63,377 nucleotides of DNA from Bacteroidia bacterium (GCA_035486275.1 DATHNG010000217.1:1-63377), one strand, 5' to 3'; positions 25,911-36,824 are shown, counted from the first letter of the stretch. Notes: generated from the letters alone by a model not told the origin. Numbers and translations are program-made.

Positions 25911-25928
25911 TATATTTTTGCGCCTCTT

Positions 25929-27722
25929 ATGGCGAAAATAGAACACATACGGAACTTTTGCATTATAGCTCACATTGACCATGGTAAAAGTACCCTGGCT
26001 GACCGCTTACTGGAATTTACTAAAACGGTAACCGGCAGGGACATGCAGGCACAGGTGCTTGATGACATGGACCTGGAGAAGGAAAGAGGCATTACCATTA
26101 AGAGCCATGCCATTCAAATGAGCTATGTATATAAGGGACAGACCTATGTGCTGAACCTTATCGATACCCCCGGCCACGTTGACTTTTCATATGAAGTATC
26201 ACGATCTATTGCTGCCTGCGAAGGCGCTTTATTGCTGGTTGACTCTACTCAGGGCATTCAGGCCCAAACCATATCGAACCTTTACCTGGCATTAGATAAT
26301 GACCTTACCGTTATTCCTGTACTGAATAAGGTAGACATGCCAAATGCCATGATAGAAGAGATAAAGGACCAGATGGTAGATATTATTGGTTGCCGACGCG
26401 ATGAAATATTACTTGCCAGTGGCAAAACAGGGCAAGGTGTTGAAGAATTATTAGCTGCTATAATTGAACGGGTTTCTGCGCCAAAAGGTGACAGAGAAGC
26501 TCCATTACAGGCGCTTTTATTCGACTCAGTGTTTAACGTTTTTCGCGGTGTGGTAGCCTATTATAAGGTTGTAAATGGTACCATACGCAAAGGCGACAGA
26601 ATACGATTTATTGCTACCGGTGCAGAATATGTTGCTGAAGAGGTAGGTGTATTGAAATTACAATATTCGCCGCAAGATAAAATTGAGGCGGGAGACGTTG
26701 GCTATATTATTACAGGTACAAAAGTTGCAAAGGAAGTACGTGTGGGCGATACCCTCGAAAATATTGCCAACCCTTGCAAGGAAGTTATACAAGGGTTTAA
26801 GGAAGTAAAACCAATGGTATTTGCAGGTATTTACCCTGTAGATACGGATGATTACGAAGAATTAAGGGCAAGTATGGATAAGCTGCAATTGAATGATGCA
26901 GCATTGGTATACGAACCAGAATCAACCGCTGCATTGGGCTTTGGTTTCCGTTGCGGCTTTTTGGGTATGCTTCACCTTGAAATTATTCAGGAACGTTTGG
27001 AGCGTGAGTTTAACATGACCGTTATTACTACGGTTCCTAACGTATCGTACTTTGCATACACCCCGAGTGGAGAAAAGCTGATTATAAATAATCCAAGCGA
27101 TCTGCCTGACCCTACCCGTATTGATTACGTAGAGGAACCATATATAAAGGCCAATATTATTACCAAAACAGAATATGTAGGTGCAATTATGTCGCTTTGC
27201 ATTGAAAAACGCGGAGCCATAATCAACCAGGTTTACCTAACTACCGACCGGGTTGAAATGGTATTTGAAATGCCATTGGCTGAAATAGTATTCGATTTTT
27301 ACGACAGGTTAAAGAGTATTTCGAAGGGTTATGCTTCATTCGATTATTCACCATTGGAATACAGGCAATCGAAATTGGTTAAGCTCGATATTCTTCTGAA
27401 TGCAGAAATTGTGGATGCACTTGCTGCACTTATACATACTGACCATGCACAGGAATTCGGCCGGAAGATCTGCGAAAAGTTAAAAGAACTTATACCACGC
27501 CAACAATTCCAGATCGCTATACAGGCTGCCATAGGAGCCAAGATAATTGCCCGTGAAAACATAAGCGCTATACGTAAGGACGTTACCGCAAAGTGTTATG
27601 GTGGTGATATTTCGCGTAAACGTAAGCTGTTAGAAAAACAGAAGAAAGGTAAAAAGCGTATGCGCCAGGTAGGTAATGTGGAAATACCACAATCGGCATT
27701 CATGGCCGTGCTTAAGCTGTAG
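25929..27722 (+). CDS. lepA: translation elongation factor 4 (LepA)
   Basis: It has the GTPase motifs [15 protein letters not shown] and DTPGHVDF. The LepA-specific C-terminus is [27 protein letters not shown]. Confidence 0.97.
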   Translation: MAKIEHIRNFCIIAHIDHGKSTLADRLLEFTKTVTGRDMQAQVLDDMDLEKERGITIKSHAIQMSYVYKGQTYVLNLIDTPGHVDFSYEVSRSIAACEGALLLVDSTQGIQAQTISNLYLALDNDLTVIPVLNKVDMPNAMIEEIKDQMVDIIGCRRDEILLASGKTGQGVEELLAAIIERVSAPKGDREAPLQALLFDSVFNVFRGVVAYYKVVNGTIRKGDRIRFIATGAEYVAEEVGVLKLQYSPQDKIEAGDVGYIITGTKVAKEVRVGDTLENIANPCKEVIQGFKEVKPMVFAGIYPVDTDDYEELRASMDKLQLNDAALVYEPESTAALGFGFRCGFLGMLHLEIIQERLEREFNMTVITTVPNVSYFAYTPSGEKLIINNPSDLPDPTRIDYVEEPYIKANIITKTEYVGAIMSLCIEKRGAIINQVYLTTDRVEMVFEMPLAEIVFDFYDRLKSISKGYASFDYSPLEYRQSKLVKLDILLNAEIVDALAALIHTDHAQEFGRKICEKLKELIPRQQFQIAIQAAIGAKIIARENISAIRKDVTAKCYGGDISRKRKLLEKQKKGKKRMRQVGNVEIPQSAFMAVLKL

Positions 27723-27729
27723 TTTAACC

Positions 27730-28434
27730 ATGCATTTATTTTTTGCCACAGATGTTTCCGGTTCAGTTTGCACCCTGGGTGCAGAAGAATCGCATCACTG
27801 TGTAAAGGTATTGCGCCTGCAGGCAGGTGAGCATGTTCAGGTAACAGATGGAAAAGGCAATTTGTGCAAAGCCGAAATAGAAAGTGCCAATGCAAAAGCC
27901 TGTACCCTTAGAATTTTAGAGTCTCATTTTGAGTCCGCTCCGGCATGGCAGTTGCATGTTGTTATTGCTCCTACAAAGAATATTGCCCGCATGGAATGGC
28001 TTATTGAAAAGCTAACTGAGATCGGCATTACTTCATTCATTCCTGTTATTACACAACGCTCTGAACGAAAAATACTGAAGACCGAGCGTCTGCATAAAAT
28101 TGTGATGGAAGCCATGAAACAATCGGGCAGAAGATATTTACCTGCGGTAGAGGAGCTTAGTACCTATGCTGAAATGCTTGAAAGCACGAAAGATTTTAAA
28201 GGGCAAAAATTTGTGCTGCATTGCATAGAAAAAGAAAAGAGAACATTTCAGGAAGTGTATAAAAAAGGAGAACATGCGTTAATACTTATTGGCCCTGAAG
28301 GCGACCTGCACAATAATGAAGTTGAACAGGCTATCGGCCATGGCTTTACTCCCATTACCTTAGGTAGTGTTCGATACCGTACTGAGACTGCTGCTTTAGT
28401 GGCTGCATGTGCATTACATACATTAAACTACTAG
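27730..28434 (+). CDS. rsmE: 16S rRNA (uracil1498-N3)-methyltransferase RsmE
   Basis: The track ORF (27676) overlaps lepA, so I trimmed it to MHLFFATD (ATG 27730). LIGPEGDLHNNEVEQAI..GFTPITLGSVRYRTETAAL is the RsmE SPOUT knot region. Confidence 0.88.
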   Translation: MHLFFATDVSGSVCTLGAEESHHCVKVLRLQAGEHVQVTDGKGNLCKAEIESANAKACTLRILESHFESAPAWQLHVVIAPTKNIARMEWLIEKLTEIGITSFIPVITQRSERKILKTERLHKIVMEAMKQSGRRYLPAVEELSTYAEMLESTKDFKGQKFVLHCIEKEKRTFQEVYKKGEHALILIGPEGDLHNNEVEQAIGHGFTPITLGSVRYRTETAALVAACALHTLNY

Positions 28435-28522
28435 TTGAATTTAAAAGGAAGCATTCCTTCAAGTCAGCAAAGTTCCTGTACAAAAAACTTGCCCTATTTA
28501 AATGAATAACTGATTTAGAAAT

Positions 28523-28611
28523 AGGTAAATGGTGGGCGCGGGTTAGCTGCAAATGATGCGTGCATAGTTAACTCAGGCAAGCAGGGAAGAAGAGCCGCCC
28601 CGCCAAACCCC
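28523..28611 (+). other. GGTGGG-box element, copy G2
   Basis: The sequence is aggtaaatggtgggcgcgggttag ... gcaagcagggaag ... gccgccccgccaaacccc. It lies 64 nt upstream of the DUF4159 gene start. Confidence 0.5.
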
Positions 28612-28674
28612 AAAAAAATTTATCAAACATTACCAAGCAAAGGTCAGAAACACAAATTGCTTACCTTTGAGGAT

Positions 28675-29364
28675 ATGAAAAAAGCACTGTTTTTTGTATT
28701 GCTATCGCTTACACTGTTTTCGTTCAAAGGAACGTATACCGGCAATTATACCTACCAGATAGCCCGCATGAAATACAAAGGCGGAGGAAACTGGTATGAC
28801 GGAAAAACATCGCTGCCTAACCTTATTGCGTTCTGCAACAAAAACCTGGGCATGAACATTAACCCGGAAGAAGCATTGGTAGAACCAGGCAGCCCAGAGA
28901 TCTTCAACTACCCTATGGTGCACATAACTGGCAACGGGAACATATTATTTACACCTGAGGAAGCAGAGAATTTAAGAAACTACTTGATAGGCGGAGGTTT
29001 TTTAGAAGTGAATGATAGCTATGGGTTGGATTCTGCATTTAAAAGAGAAATAAAAAAAGTGTTCCCTGAACTTACATTGGTAGAGCTACCATTCAACCAT
29101 CCTATTTACCACCAGAAATATAATTTCACCAACGGCTTACCCAAGATACATGAACACGATGGCAAGCGGCCAATCGGGTATGGTTTGATATATAACGGCC
29201 GCCTGGTTTGTTTTTACAACTACGATGCCGACCTTGGTGACGGCTGGGAAGACCATGAAATATATAATGACCCGCCCGACCTGCATGAAAAAGCCCTTGA
29301 AATGGGGGCTAACATAATGCAATATGTGTTAATGGGGCAAATAGACAACCAGAAGAAACCTTAA
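28675..29364 (+). CDS. DUF4159 domain-containing protein
   Basis: Trimmed to the MKKALFFVLLSLTLFSF signal. YKGGGNWYDGKTSLPNLIAF and PMVHITGNGNILFTPEEAENLRNYLIGGGFL match the DUF4159 pattern as I remember it. Confidence 0.7.
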   Translation: MKKALFFVLLSLTLFSFKGTYTGNYTYQIARMKYKGGGNWYDGKTSLPNLIAFCNKNLGMNINPEEALVEPGSPEIFNYPMVHITGNGNILFTPEEAENLRNYLIGGGFLEVNDSYGLDSAFKREIKKVFPELTLVELPFNHPIYHQKYNFTNGLPKIHEHDGKRPIGYGLIYNGRLVCFYNYDADLGDGWEDHEIYNDPPDLHEKALEMGANIMQYVLMGQIDNQKKP

Positions 29365-29396
29365 CCTGGTTACAATATCCATTAAAAGTAGAAATA

Positions 29397-30620
29397 CTAT
29401 TGCTTAATGAACTTGTGGCTGGTAGTGGTAGTTCCACTGGTAAGCCTCATAATATACGCTCCCTGTGACAGAGATGCTGTATTTATGGTAAATCTATTAT
29501 CGCCGGTCTGAACAGTAGCAAAGTCATATGAACTAACCAGCATTCCCTGTGCATTAAATATCTCTACTATAAGCGGTGCAGGGCTATCAGAATTATATTG
29601 TACCACTGTGTGGTCCGAGGCAGGATTCGGAAAAATATTTACCGCATAATGTAACGGCACATTAACAATCATAGTTCCCGAGTACGTATAGTTTCCATCA
29701 TAATCGGTTTGTTTTAAACGATAATACGATGTACCTCCCCAGGGGCTTTCATCAACGGTGCTGTAATTTAATACATGGTCGCTGTTGCCGGCACCGGCAA
29801 CTGTAGCAACGGTAGTATAGTTAATGCCGTCTGTTGTTTTCTCAATAGTAAAGTAGCTGTTATCTATCTCGGTTGCTGTTGTCCAGTTAATATCAACAAT
29901 GCTCCTATCCGGTACATATTGTGTGTCAAAATCCAAAAGACTGATAGGCAAAGCGATGGTTCCGCTTATTTTTACAGCCCATGCTGTATAGCTGGTGCTA
30001 CTTGAAAAGCTCCAGCTAAACTTGGATGATGAAGAGGCTGAAACATAATCATCTTCCCCTGCATAGGGGCTGGTAAATGAAGCTATTTTTTCTTGCGATG
30101 TTGCTCCGGATATAGATGTTACACCGCAGGAAAGGTCAAATATTCCGCCAATCAGCAGATCTTTACTCTCACCACTTACAGATACAGATGCATTAGTGCC
30201 GCTGGTACTTGTAGTTGTTATAGATATACTGTTAGTACTGCTTACATTTTTTAATGCGAATAATTCAGTATAATACGTACCTGTACCCACCACAGATAAC
30301 TTGACCGTTTGTTTACCGCCAGAAACCGCGCTGAACATGAACATGCTGATATGGTCATTGCCGCTTGCTATGTTTCCAATATCATTACTGGCATTATTGT
30401 TATATGTAGCGGAAACATAATTAAACCCTGTGTAATGAACAACAAGTAAAAGCTGCATTGAGCTACCTTCACAAACAACTGTCAGGGAAGTATTAGAGTT
30501 ACCTGAGGCAAGAACAGTTGAATAGATAGCTGCCTGACCAGATGCTTTATTAAAAGAAACAATCAATAGAACGCAATAAAAAAATAATGGGCATAATACC
30601 CTTTTTGAAATCCCCCTCAT
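29397..30620 (-). CDS. secreted protein with T9SS type A C-terminal sorting domain
   Basis: It has a signal peptide and a Ser/Thr-rich body. The tail IFPNPASDHTVVQY...IVEIFNAQGMLVSS...GAYIMRLTSG...HKFIKQ is a type A CTD. Confidence 0.8.
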   Translation of the reverse strand: MRGISKRVLCPLFFYCVLLIVSFNKASGQAAIYSTVLASGNSNTSLTVVCEGSSMQLLLVVHYTGFNYVSATYNNNASNDIGNIASGNDHISMFMFSAVSGGKQTVKLSVVGTGTYYTELFALKNVSSTNSISITTTSTSGTNASVSVSGESKDLLIGGIFDLSCGVTSISGATSQEKIASFTSPYAGEDDYVSASSSSKFSWSFSSSTSYTAWAVKISGTIALPISLLDFDTQYVPDRSIVDINWTTATEIDNSYFTIEKTTDGINYTTVATVAGAGNSDHVLNYSTVDESPWGGTSYYRLKQTDYDGNYTYSGTMIVNVPLHYAVNIFPNPASDHTVVQYNSDSPAPLIVEIFNAQGMLVSSYDFATVQTGDNRFTINTASLSQGAYIMRLTSGTTTTSHKFIKQ

Positions 30621-30720
30621 ATAATTATTAAAGTATTTATCGCTTTTGAGCGCGCAAAGATATAATAAAATTGACCCGTGGTTAAAATAAAAGTATGAAC
30701 CCGAATAATCAGGTGTGACT

Positions 30721-31248
30721 TTATTTCAATTTCATTACTATATCCCAAACCACTATGCCTACGCTAACAGCAAGATTCAGCGAATGCTTTGTACCATATT
30801 GAGGGATTTCAATGCAGCCATGGCAGGCATCTATTACCGATTGTTCCACTCCACTTACTTCATTACCAAAAACAAGTGCAATCTTCTTTTTATCTGAAAC
30901 ATTCAGCGCATTCAGCATTGTACTATTTTCTGCCTGTTCAACCGCATATACAGTAAAGCCATCATTCTTTAAGTCATTCACAGCATCTATTGTTGCAGGA
31001 AAATGCTTCCAGTCTACCGATTCCGTTGCACCCAAGGCAGTCTTTTGTATCTCGCGATGTGGTGGTGTGGCAGTCACACCACACAAATAAACACCCTTTA
31101 ATAAAAACGCATCGGCCGTACGAAATACAGAGCCAATGTTATTCATGCTCCGTATATTATCGAGAACTAATACAATAGGTGTTTTTGAAGCGTTCTTAAA
31201 CTCTTCGTTGCTTTTGCGGTTAAGTTCATCCATTGAAAGCTTTCTCAT
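30721..31248 (-). CDS. TrmH/SpoU family RNA 2'-O-methyltransferase
   Basis: It carries the SpoU motifs NIGSVFRTADAF, ALVFGNEVSGV and IPQYGTKHSLNLAVSVGIVVW. Confidence 0.85.
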   Translation of the reverse strand: MRKLSMDELNRKSNEEFKNASKTPIVLVLDNIRSMNNIGSVFRTADAFLLKGVYLCGVTATPPHREIQKTALGATESVDWKHFPATIDAVNDLKNDGFTVYAVEQAENSTMLNALNVSDKKKIALVFGNEVSGVEQSVIDACHGCIEIPQYGTKHSLNLAVSVGIVVWDIVMKLK

Positions 31249-31251
31249 AGC

Positions 31252-32271
31252 TTATATCATGTTGACTTCACGCTCCAGCTCTACATCAAATTTATCTTTC
31301 ACTGATTTAATGACCTGGGTCGAAATATCATATATCTCCTTGCCGGTAGCATCGCCGTAATTTACAAGCACCAATGCCTGATCTTTATGTACACCTGCAT
31401 CACCAATACGTTTACCTTTCCAGCCACATTGCTCAATGAGCCATCCGGCAGCTAATTTAGTATGGCCTTCATGTGCGGCAAAAGAAACAATATCGGGAAA
31501 TTTTGCTTTTAGTTTTTCAAATTGGGCATTGGCAATAATAGGGTTCTTGAAAAAGCTGCCTGCATTACCTATCTTTTCCGGATCGGGTAATTTGCTTGAG
31601 CGGATATTAATAACAGCTTTACTTATATCTGCAATAGTGGGGTTACTTACTCCCATTACTTCCAGTTCTTTGCTAATTGTTCCGTAGGTTGTATTTACTT
31701 TCTTAGGATCTTTGTTTAACTTCAACGTAACCGAAAGTATAATATAATTGCCCTTTTCTTTTCCTTTAAAAATACTTTCCCTATACCCGAAATTGCATTC
31801 TGAATTAGAGAACTTCCTCACCTCCAATGTGTGAATATTCAAAGCCTCTACCTCACTTAATACATCTTTTAGCTCTACACCGTATGCTCCAATATTTTGT
31901 ATGGGCCCCGCGCCAACCGTGCCGGGAATGAGAGATAAGTTTTCTATTCCGGCATATCCCTTACTGACACAATACAAAACAAAGTCGTGCCACTTTTCAC
32001 CACTTCTGGCTTTAATAAAAACAGTATTACCCTCTTCTTTTATTATTTCAATTCCTTTTATTGCATTGCGAATAATTATACCAGTGTAATCACCCGTAAA
32101 CAATACATTACTACCACCACCTAAGATCATAAACTGTTTGCCTTTTACTTCCGGAGATGATAAAATTTCTTTCAATTCATCTATAGAGGCAAATTCAGTA
32201 TAATGCTTTGCATATACCTTAGCATGAAAAGTAGTTATATCTTTTAAAGGAAAATGTTCCTGAAGTCTCAT
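31252..32271 (-). CDS. murB: UDP-N-acetylmuramate dehydrogenase
   Basis: It has the FAD-binding motif ILGGGSNVLF and the C-terminal motifs GNAGSFFKNP and AAGWLIEQCGWKG. Confidence 0.95.
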   Translation of the reverse strand: MRLQEHFPLKDITTFHAKVYAKHYTEFASIDELKEILSSPEVKGKQFMILGGGSNVLFTGDYTGIIIRNAIKGIEIIKEEGNTVFIKARSGEKWHDFVLYCVSKGYAGIENLSLIPGTVGAGPIQNIGAYGVELKDVLSEVEALNIHTLEVRKFSNSECNFGYRESIFKGKEKGNYIILSVTLKLNKDPKKVNTTYGTISKELEVMGVSNPTIADISKAVINIRSSKLPDPEKIGNAGSFFKNPIIANAQFEKLKAKFPDIVSFAAHEGHTKLAAGWLIEQCGWKGKRIGDAGVHKDQALVLVNYGDATGKEIYDISTQVIKSVKDKFDVELEREVNMI

Positions 32272-32274
32272 GGG

Positions 32275-33465
32275 CTAATTTTTAGAAGCCGCCCTGCGCT
32301 GCTGTTCTTTTATGATCAAACTTAACTCTCTGCCTGTTTGCCCTTTTACTGAAGTATTCTCCATTGCCCTGCGTATCAGGTAAGGTAATACATCTCTTAC
32401 CGGGCCATACGGCACATACTTGGCAACGTTATAACCTGCATTGGCAATATTAAAACTAATATGATCGCTCATGCCTAACAACTGCGAAAACCAAACGTGA
32501 GGGTGGTTAACAGGGATGTTGTTTTGCTGCATTAGTTTAACCAATAACATAGCGCTATCTTCATTATGTGTTCCTGCACATACAGAAACAAATTCAATAT
32601 TTTTAATACAAAATTCAAGCGCAGAGTTGTATTCAGCATCCGTTTCTGCTTTCGTACTGTTTATCGGAGAGGCATAACCCATCTTTGCTGCACGAGCTCT
32701 TTCTTTTTCCATATATGCACCGCGAACCACTTTTACCCCGAAATAGTATTTCTTTTCTTTAGCATCATTCAAGGCATTCTTTAAATAGATGAGTCTGTCA
32801 TTGCGATACATTTGTGCCGTGTTAAATACAATACACTGTTCTTTGTTGTATTTAGCCATCATTTTCTGTGCTAAGCCATCAACGGCATTCTGTATCCAGC
32901 TTTCTTCAGCGTCAATCAGTAATTTTACTTTTATGTCATGTGCCTTGCTGCAAATACTATCGAAACGGGCAATTACTCTCTCCCATGCCTTTTGTTCTTC
33001 GGCAGAAAGTTTTGCATTTGAATTAACTTTTTCCATCAGGTTAATATCACCTAGGCCGGTTGGTTTGAATACTGCAAATGGAATGTGTTTATTTTGTTTT
33101 GCCAGGTCTAATGTTTCTATTATCTCATGTGCAGTCTGGTCAAATACATTTTCCTCTGCCTTGCCTTCTACCGAATAATCGAGTATTGAGCCAACATTGT
33201 ACTTACCCAATGCTTCAACTGTTTCCAAGCATTCAGTAATGTTCTCACCACCACAAAACTGACGGAAAATGGTAGCCTTAATAAAGCCACGTATTGGGAG
33301 ATGTGTATTGATAGCAAATGTTGTAAGCTTCTGGCCAACGTTAACCAAATTGCTGTTACCAACTAATTTAAAAAGCCAATAGGAACGCCTGAGGTCGTTA
33401 TCAGTTTTACCTGAAAATGCAATAGCTGTGTCGTTGAATGATAACATACTTAAAATGCTGAGCAA
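32275..33465 (-). CDS. proline dehydrogenase family protein
   Basis: At ~390 aa it matches the monofunctional PRODH form. It carries IDAEESWIQ, VFNTAQMYRNDR and SQLLGMSD motifs. Confidence 0.85.
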   Translation of the reverse strand: MLSILSMLSFNDTAIAFSGKTDNDLRRSYWLFKLVGNSNLVNVGQKLTTFAINTHLPIRGFIKATIFRQFCGGENITECLETVEALGKYNVGSILDYSVEGKAEENVFDQTAHEIIETLDLAKQNKHIPFAVFKPTGLGDINLMEKVNSNAKLSAEEQKAWERVIARFDSICSKAHDIKVKLLIDAEESWIQNAVDGLAQKMMAKYNKEQCIVFNTAQMYRNDRLIYLKNALNDAKEKKYYFGVKVVRGAYMEKERARAAKMGYASPINSTKAETDAEYNSALEFCIKNIEFVSVCAGTHNEDSAMLLVKLMQQNNIPVNHPHVWFSQLLGMSDHISFNIANAGYNVAKYVPYGPVRDVLPYLIRRAMENTSVKGQTGRELSLIIKEQQRRAASKN

Positions 33466-33502
33466 ATATATGTAAATAAGCCAGTCTGGCTTGTGACAAT
33501 TA

Positions 33503-34351
33503 TCATAGAGGAAATGTTTGCCCGGCTATTATCATGGCATTGTTGAATGCTTGCTGGTCAAGTGAAAATGGAATATTGTTTGCCTTAAAATAGCTTATCA
33601 GATTCTCGGTTGGCATATTACCGGTAAGCTTATCACTCGCCATAGGGCAGCCGCCAAAACCTTTTATTGCTGAATCGAACCTGCGACAACCGCTATCATA
33701 TGCAGCCTTTACTTTCTCCTCCCATTTATCCGGGGTAGTATGCAAATGAGCGCCAAACTCAACATCTTTCAGTTCAGGTATAAGAGTTGAGAATAACTCT
33801 GTAATATTTTGCGGATTGGAAACTCCAATAGTATCTGACAAGGCTAATATCTTAATGCCCATACCACTCAACTCCCTTGACCAATGCATGGCTATCTCAC
33901 TACTCCATTCCTCACCGTATGGGTTACCAAATGCCATTGATATATATACTACCAGTTCTTTCTTATGTTCTATACACAGGTTTTGTATTTCTTCTACTCT
34001 AACCAATGACTCTGCAATTGAAGAATTGGCATTCCTCTGTTGGAATGTTTCAGATATTGAAAAAGGGAAGCCCAAATAATTTATTTGGTCGAACTGAACT
34101 GCATTCTGAGCACCACGAATGTTTGCAATAATTGCAAGCAGTTTGCTTTGGGTTGATGTGAGGTCTATCTTATTTAACACCTCTGCTGTATCCTTCATTT
34201 GAGGAATAGCCTTGGGTGAAACAAAACTGCCTACATCAATAGTATCAAACCCAACTTTAAGCAAGGAGTTTATGTAGGCAACCTTTTTCTCGGTGGGGAT
34301 GAAGTCATGTATCCCCTGCATTGCATCACGTGGGCATTCAATTACCTTCAT
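33503..34351 (-). CDS. hydroxymethylglutaryl-CoA lyase
   Basis: MKVIECPRDAMQG...FVSPKAIPQM at the N-terminus and HLHTT...GGCPMA are typical of HMGL-like TIM barrels. Confidence 0.88.
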   Translation of the reverse strand: MKVIECPRDAMQGIHDFIPTEKKVAYINSLLKVGFDTIDVGSFVSPKAIPQMKDTAEVLNKIDLTSTQSKLLAIIANIRGAQNAVQFDQINYLGFPFSISETFQQRNANSSIAESLVRVEEIQNLCIEHKKELVVYISMAFGNPYGEEWSSEIAMHWSRELSGMGIKILALSDTIGVSNPQNITELFSTLIPELKDVEFGAHLHTTPDKWEEKVKAAYDSGCRRFDSAIKGFGGCPMASDKLTGNMPTENLISYFKANNIPFSLDQQAFNNAMIIAGQTFPL

Positions 34352-34362
34352 ACAAACAGGGT

Positions 34363-35397
34363 TTATAAAACCGATTTGAATTGCGAAAGAAAACGCATAT
34401 CGTTTTCGAAGAATAACCTAAGGTCTTTTATCTGGAAACGAAGCATGGCTATACGTTCAATACCCATGCCAAATGCGTAACCGGTATACTTTTTACTGTC
34501 TATACCGCAGTTTTCAAGCACATTGGGGTGAACCATACCGCAACCTAAAATTTCAACCCAGCCGCTTTGTTTGCATACCGGGCAGCCTATACCGCCACAA
34601 ATAATGCATGATATATCCATTTCAGCGCTTGGCTCGGTAAAAGGAAAAAAAGACGGGCGGAAACGAATATTTATCTTTTCACCAAACATCTCCTGCACAA
34701 AATAATAAAGTGTTTGTTTAAGGTCAGCAAAGGAAACTCCTTCATCTACATACAGGCCTTCAACCTGGTGGAATTGGCAATGCGCACGTGCAGAAATTGT
34801 TTCATTACGGTACACCCTTCCTGGAGAAATTGTCCTGATAGGTGGCTTTTGGTTCTTCATCACCCTAACTTGTACCGATGAAGTATGGGTACGTAATAAC
34901 CATTTGTCTGCACTGTCTGATTCAACAAAAAAAGTATCCTGCATATCCCTTGCCGGGTGATCTTCAGGAAAATTCAATGCACCGAAGTTATGCCAGTCAT
35001 CTTCAATTTCCGGGCCTTCAGAAATAGTAAAGCCTATCTTGGTAAATATATCTGTAATACTTGCTCTTACTAATGAAATAGGGTGTCTTGACCCTAGTTC
35101 AATTGGTTCTGAAGGTAATGAAAGGTCTATATTCTTATCTGCTGAAGAACCATTTTGAGCAGAGGTAGTTTCTTTAGCCTCAGCAAATTTCTTTTCGGCC
35201 ATTTGCTTTAACTCGTTCAATTGCTTGCCTACTACTTTGCGCTGTTCCGGGGCAAGGGTTTTGAATTCTTCGAAAAGATCAGCAAGCACACCTTTCTTAC
35301 TCAGGTACTTCAACCTGAATTGTTCAGCCTGGTCAGGGTTTGAAATACTTACTCCGCCAACTTCTTCAACTAATTCCTTTACTTTACTTTCCATCAA
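34363..35397 (-). CDS. pheS: phenylalanine--tRNA ligase alpha subunit
   Basis: It carries the class II motifs [25 protein letters not shown] and [14 protein letters not shown]. Confidence 0.97.
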   Translation of the reverse strand: MMESKVKELVEEVGGVSISNPDQAEQFRLKYLSKKGVLADLFEEFKTLAPEQRKVVGKQLNELKQMAEKKFAEAKETTSAQNGSSADKNIDLSLPSEPIELGSRHPISLVRASITDIFTKIGFTISEGPEIEDDWHNFGALNFPEDHPARDMQDTFFVESDSADKWLLRTHTSSVQVRVMKNQKPPIRTISPGRVYRNETISARAHCQFHQVEGLYVDEGVSFADLKQTLYYFVQEMFGEKINIRFRPSFFPFTEPSAEMDISCIICGGIGCPVCKQSGWVEILGCGMVHPNVLENCGIDSKKYTGYAFGMGIERIAMLRFQIKDLRLFFENDMRFLSQFKSVL

Positions 35398-36240
35398 TTA
35401 CTTTACAATTTCTGCACTCAAAATTCTTACATCGGTCAATGGCCTGTCAGCCTGATTCGTCTTTACACCGGCAATCTTGTCAACAATATCAAGACCTTCA
35501 ATAACTTCACCGAAAACAGTATAGTTATTATCCAGCTGCGGCGTACCGCCAACCGCTGTATATGCTGCTCTCTCTTCAGGTGTAAATTTAAATTTATCGG
35601 TTTTGGCATAAATAGAATCTATTTGCGGCTCTATGGTTTTCGTGAGCGCTTGTAGGCTATCTATCGCACTTTCATTCTGATACTTGATAAATCTCCTTTT
35701 TAACTCAGTATTTTCAGGCTTACTGATGATCTTTGTGAATATTTGCTGCTTAATGCCAAAATTGGCACGTTCTTCCATTGTATCCAATTCTCCGTTTCTG
35801 AATTTTTTGCCCTGTACAATATAGAACTGGCAGCCGGAAGAAGCCTTTGAAGGGTTTACCTGGTCGCCCTGGCGTGCTGTAGCTAATGCCCCTTTTTTAT
35901 GAAATAAGCCGGGAACAATTTCGGCAGGCACAGTATATCCTACATCTCCATTGCCCAGCATAACGTCTGCAGGAGCCTTTTTCGAGTTAGGATCGCCCCC
36001 CTGGATCATAAATCCCTCAATTACCCTATGAAAAAGGGTACTATCATAAAACTTTTGATTGACCAGCTTTATGAAATTATCTCTTGTTTGAGGAGTTTGA
36101 TTGTATAATTTCACCACAATATCGCCCATTGTGGTGCGGATTTTCACTTTTGTCTCTACTTCTTTCGATTTTCCGCTTTGCGATAAACCACAGGAAGATA
36201 TCCCCAATATTATAAATCCGAACAGAATTTTTTTAAACAT
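35398..36240 (-). CDS. cyclophilin-type peptidyl-prolyl cis-trans isomerase, lipoprotein
   Basis: The lipobox is GISSCGL. FHRVIEGFMIQGGDP and YTVFGEVIEGLDIVDKI are cyclophilin signatures. Its stop abuts the pheS start with no gap. Confidence 0.9.
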   Translation of the reverse strand: MFKKILFGFIILGISSCGLSQSGKSKEVETKVKIRTTMGDIVVKLYNQTPQTRDNFIKLVNQKFYDSTLFHRVIEGFMIQGGDPNSKKAPADVMLGNGDVGYTVPAEIVPGLFHKKGALATARQGDQVNPSKASSGCQFYIVQGKKFRNGELDTMEERANFGIKQQIFTKIISKPENTELKRRFIKYQNESAIDSLQALTKTIEPQIDSIYAKTDKFKFTPEERAAYTAVGGTPQLDNNYTVFGEVIEGLDIVDKIAGVKTNQADRPLTDVRILSAEIVK

Positions 36241-36293
36241 TCGAAAAATTGTTTATTTTTGTGAAACGTAAAAGTAAACGATTTTAGCTTTTC

Positions 36294-36659
36294 ATGAAGA
36301 AAATAATTACCTATTCATTTTTCTTAGCAGCAATTTTGTTCTTTGTTCTGCTTTGCGGAACACAGTCTTCCTGCACTAAAAATACAACATGTAACGTAGA
36401 TATTTTAATAGTAGATACTACCGGCTTTAGCGGAATTCAAACGCCGGTTGCGGGAGCCACTGTTAAATTATATGCAAACATTAACCCTCCGGGACAAATA
36501 CAGGCTACAGGCACAACAGATAATACAGGCCATTTTCAATATTCATTCCCTAACCCCGCAATTTTTGATATTCAGGCAACCAAAGGGAGCATGACAGGAA
36601 GCGGATTAATACAGCTTATTGTTGGTGGCACAGCTACCCAGACTGTTCTGATCAAGTAG
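36294..36659 (+). CDS. small secreted protein, carboxypeptidase-regulatory-like fold suspected
   Basis: It has a signal/anchor segment plus a ~90-aa beta-rich body (VAGATVKLYAN...GTTDNTGHFQYSF). The family assignment is weak. Confidence 0.4.
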   Translation: MKKIITYSFFLAAILFFVLLCGTQSSCTKNTTCNVDILIVDTTGFSGIQTPVAGATVKLYANINPPGQIQATGTTDNTGHFQYSFPNPAIFDIQATKGSMTGSGLIQLIVGGTATQTVLIK

Positions 36660-36824
36660 TTTTTCAGGTTCTATTTACTAGCACTACCTTTATTCTATGT
36701 TCATGCGCTTTACTGTATTTAATTCAGGGGGTAAAACTCAGTGAAGGTTTTAGTAGTATCAGATGATAAACAACCAATCATTATGATAGAGCTCGATCAC
36801 AACCTTAAATAATAGGGAATCTGG

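Noticed and set aside
27676-27729. N-terminal extension of rsmE overlapping the lepA 3' end
   Set aside because: The extension ([18 protein letters not shown]) overlaps the conserved LepA C-terminus. RsmE proteins start close to the MHLFF-type sequence at 27730.
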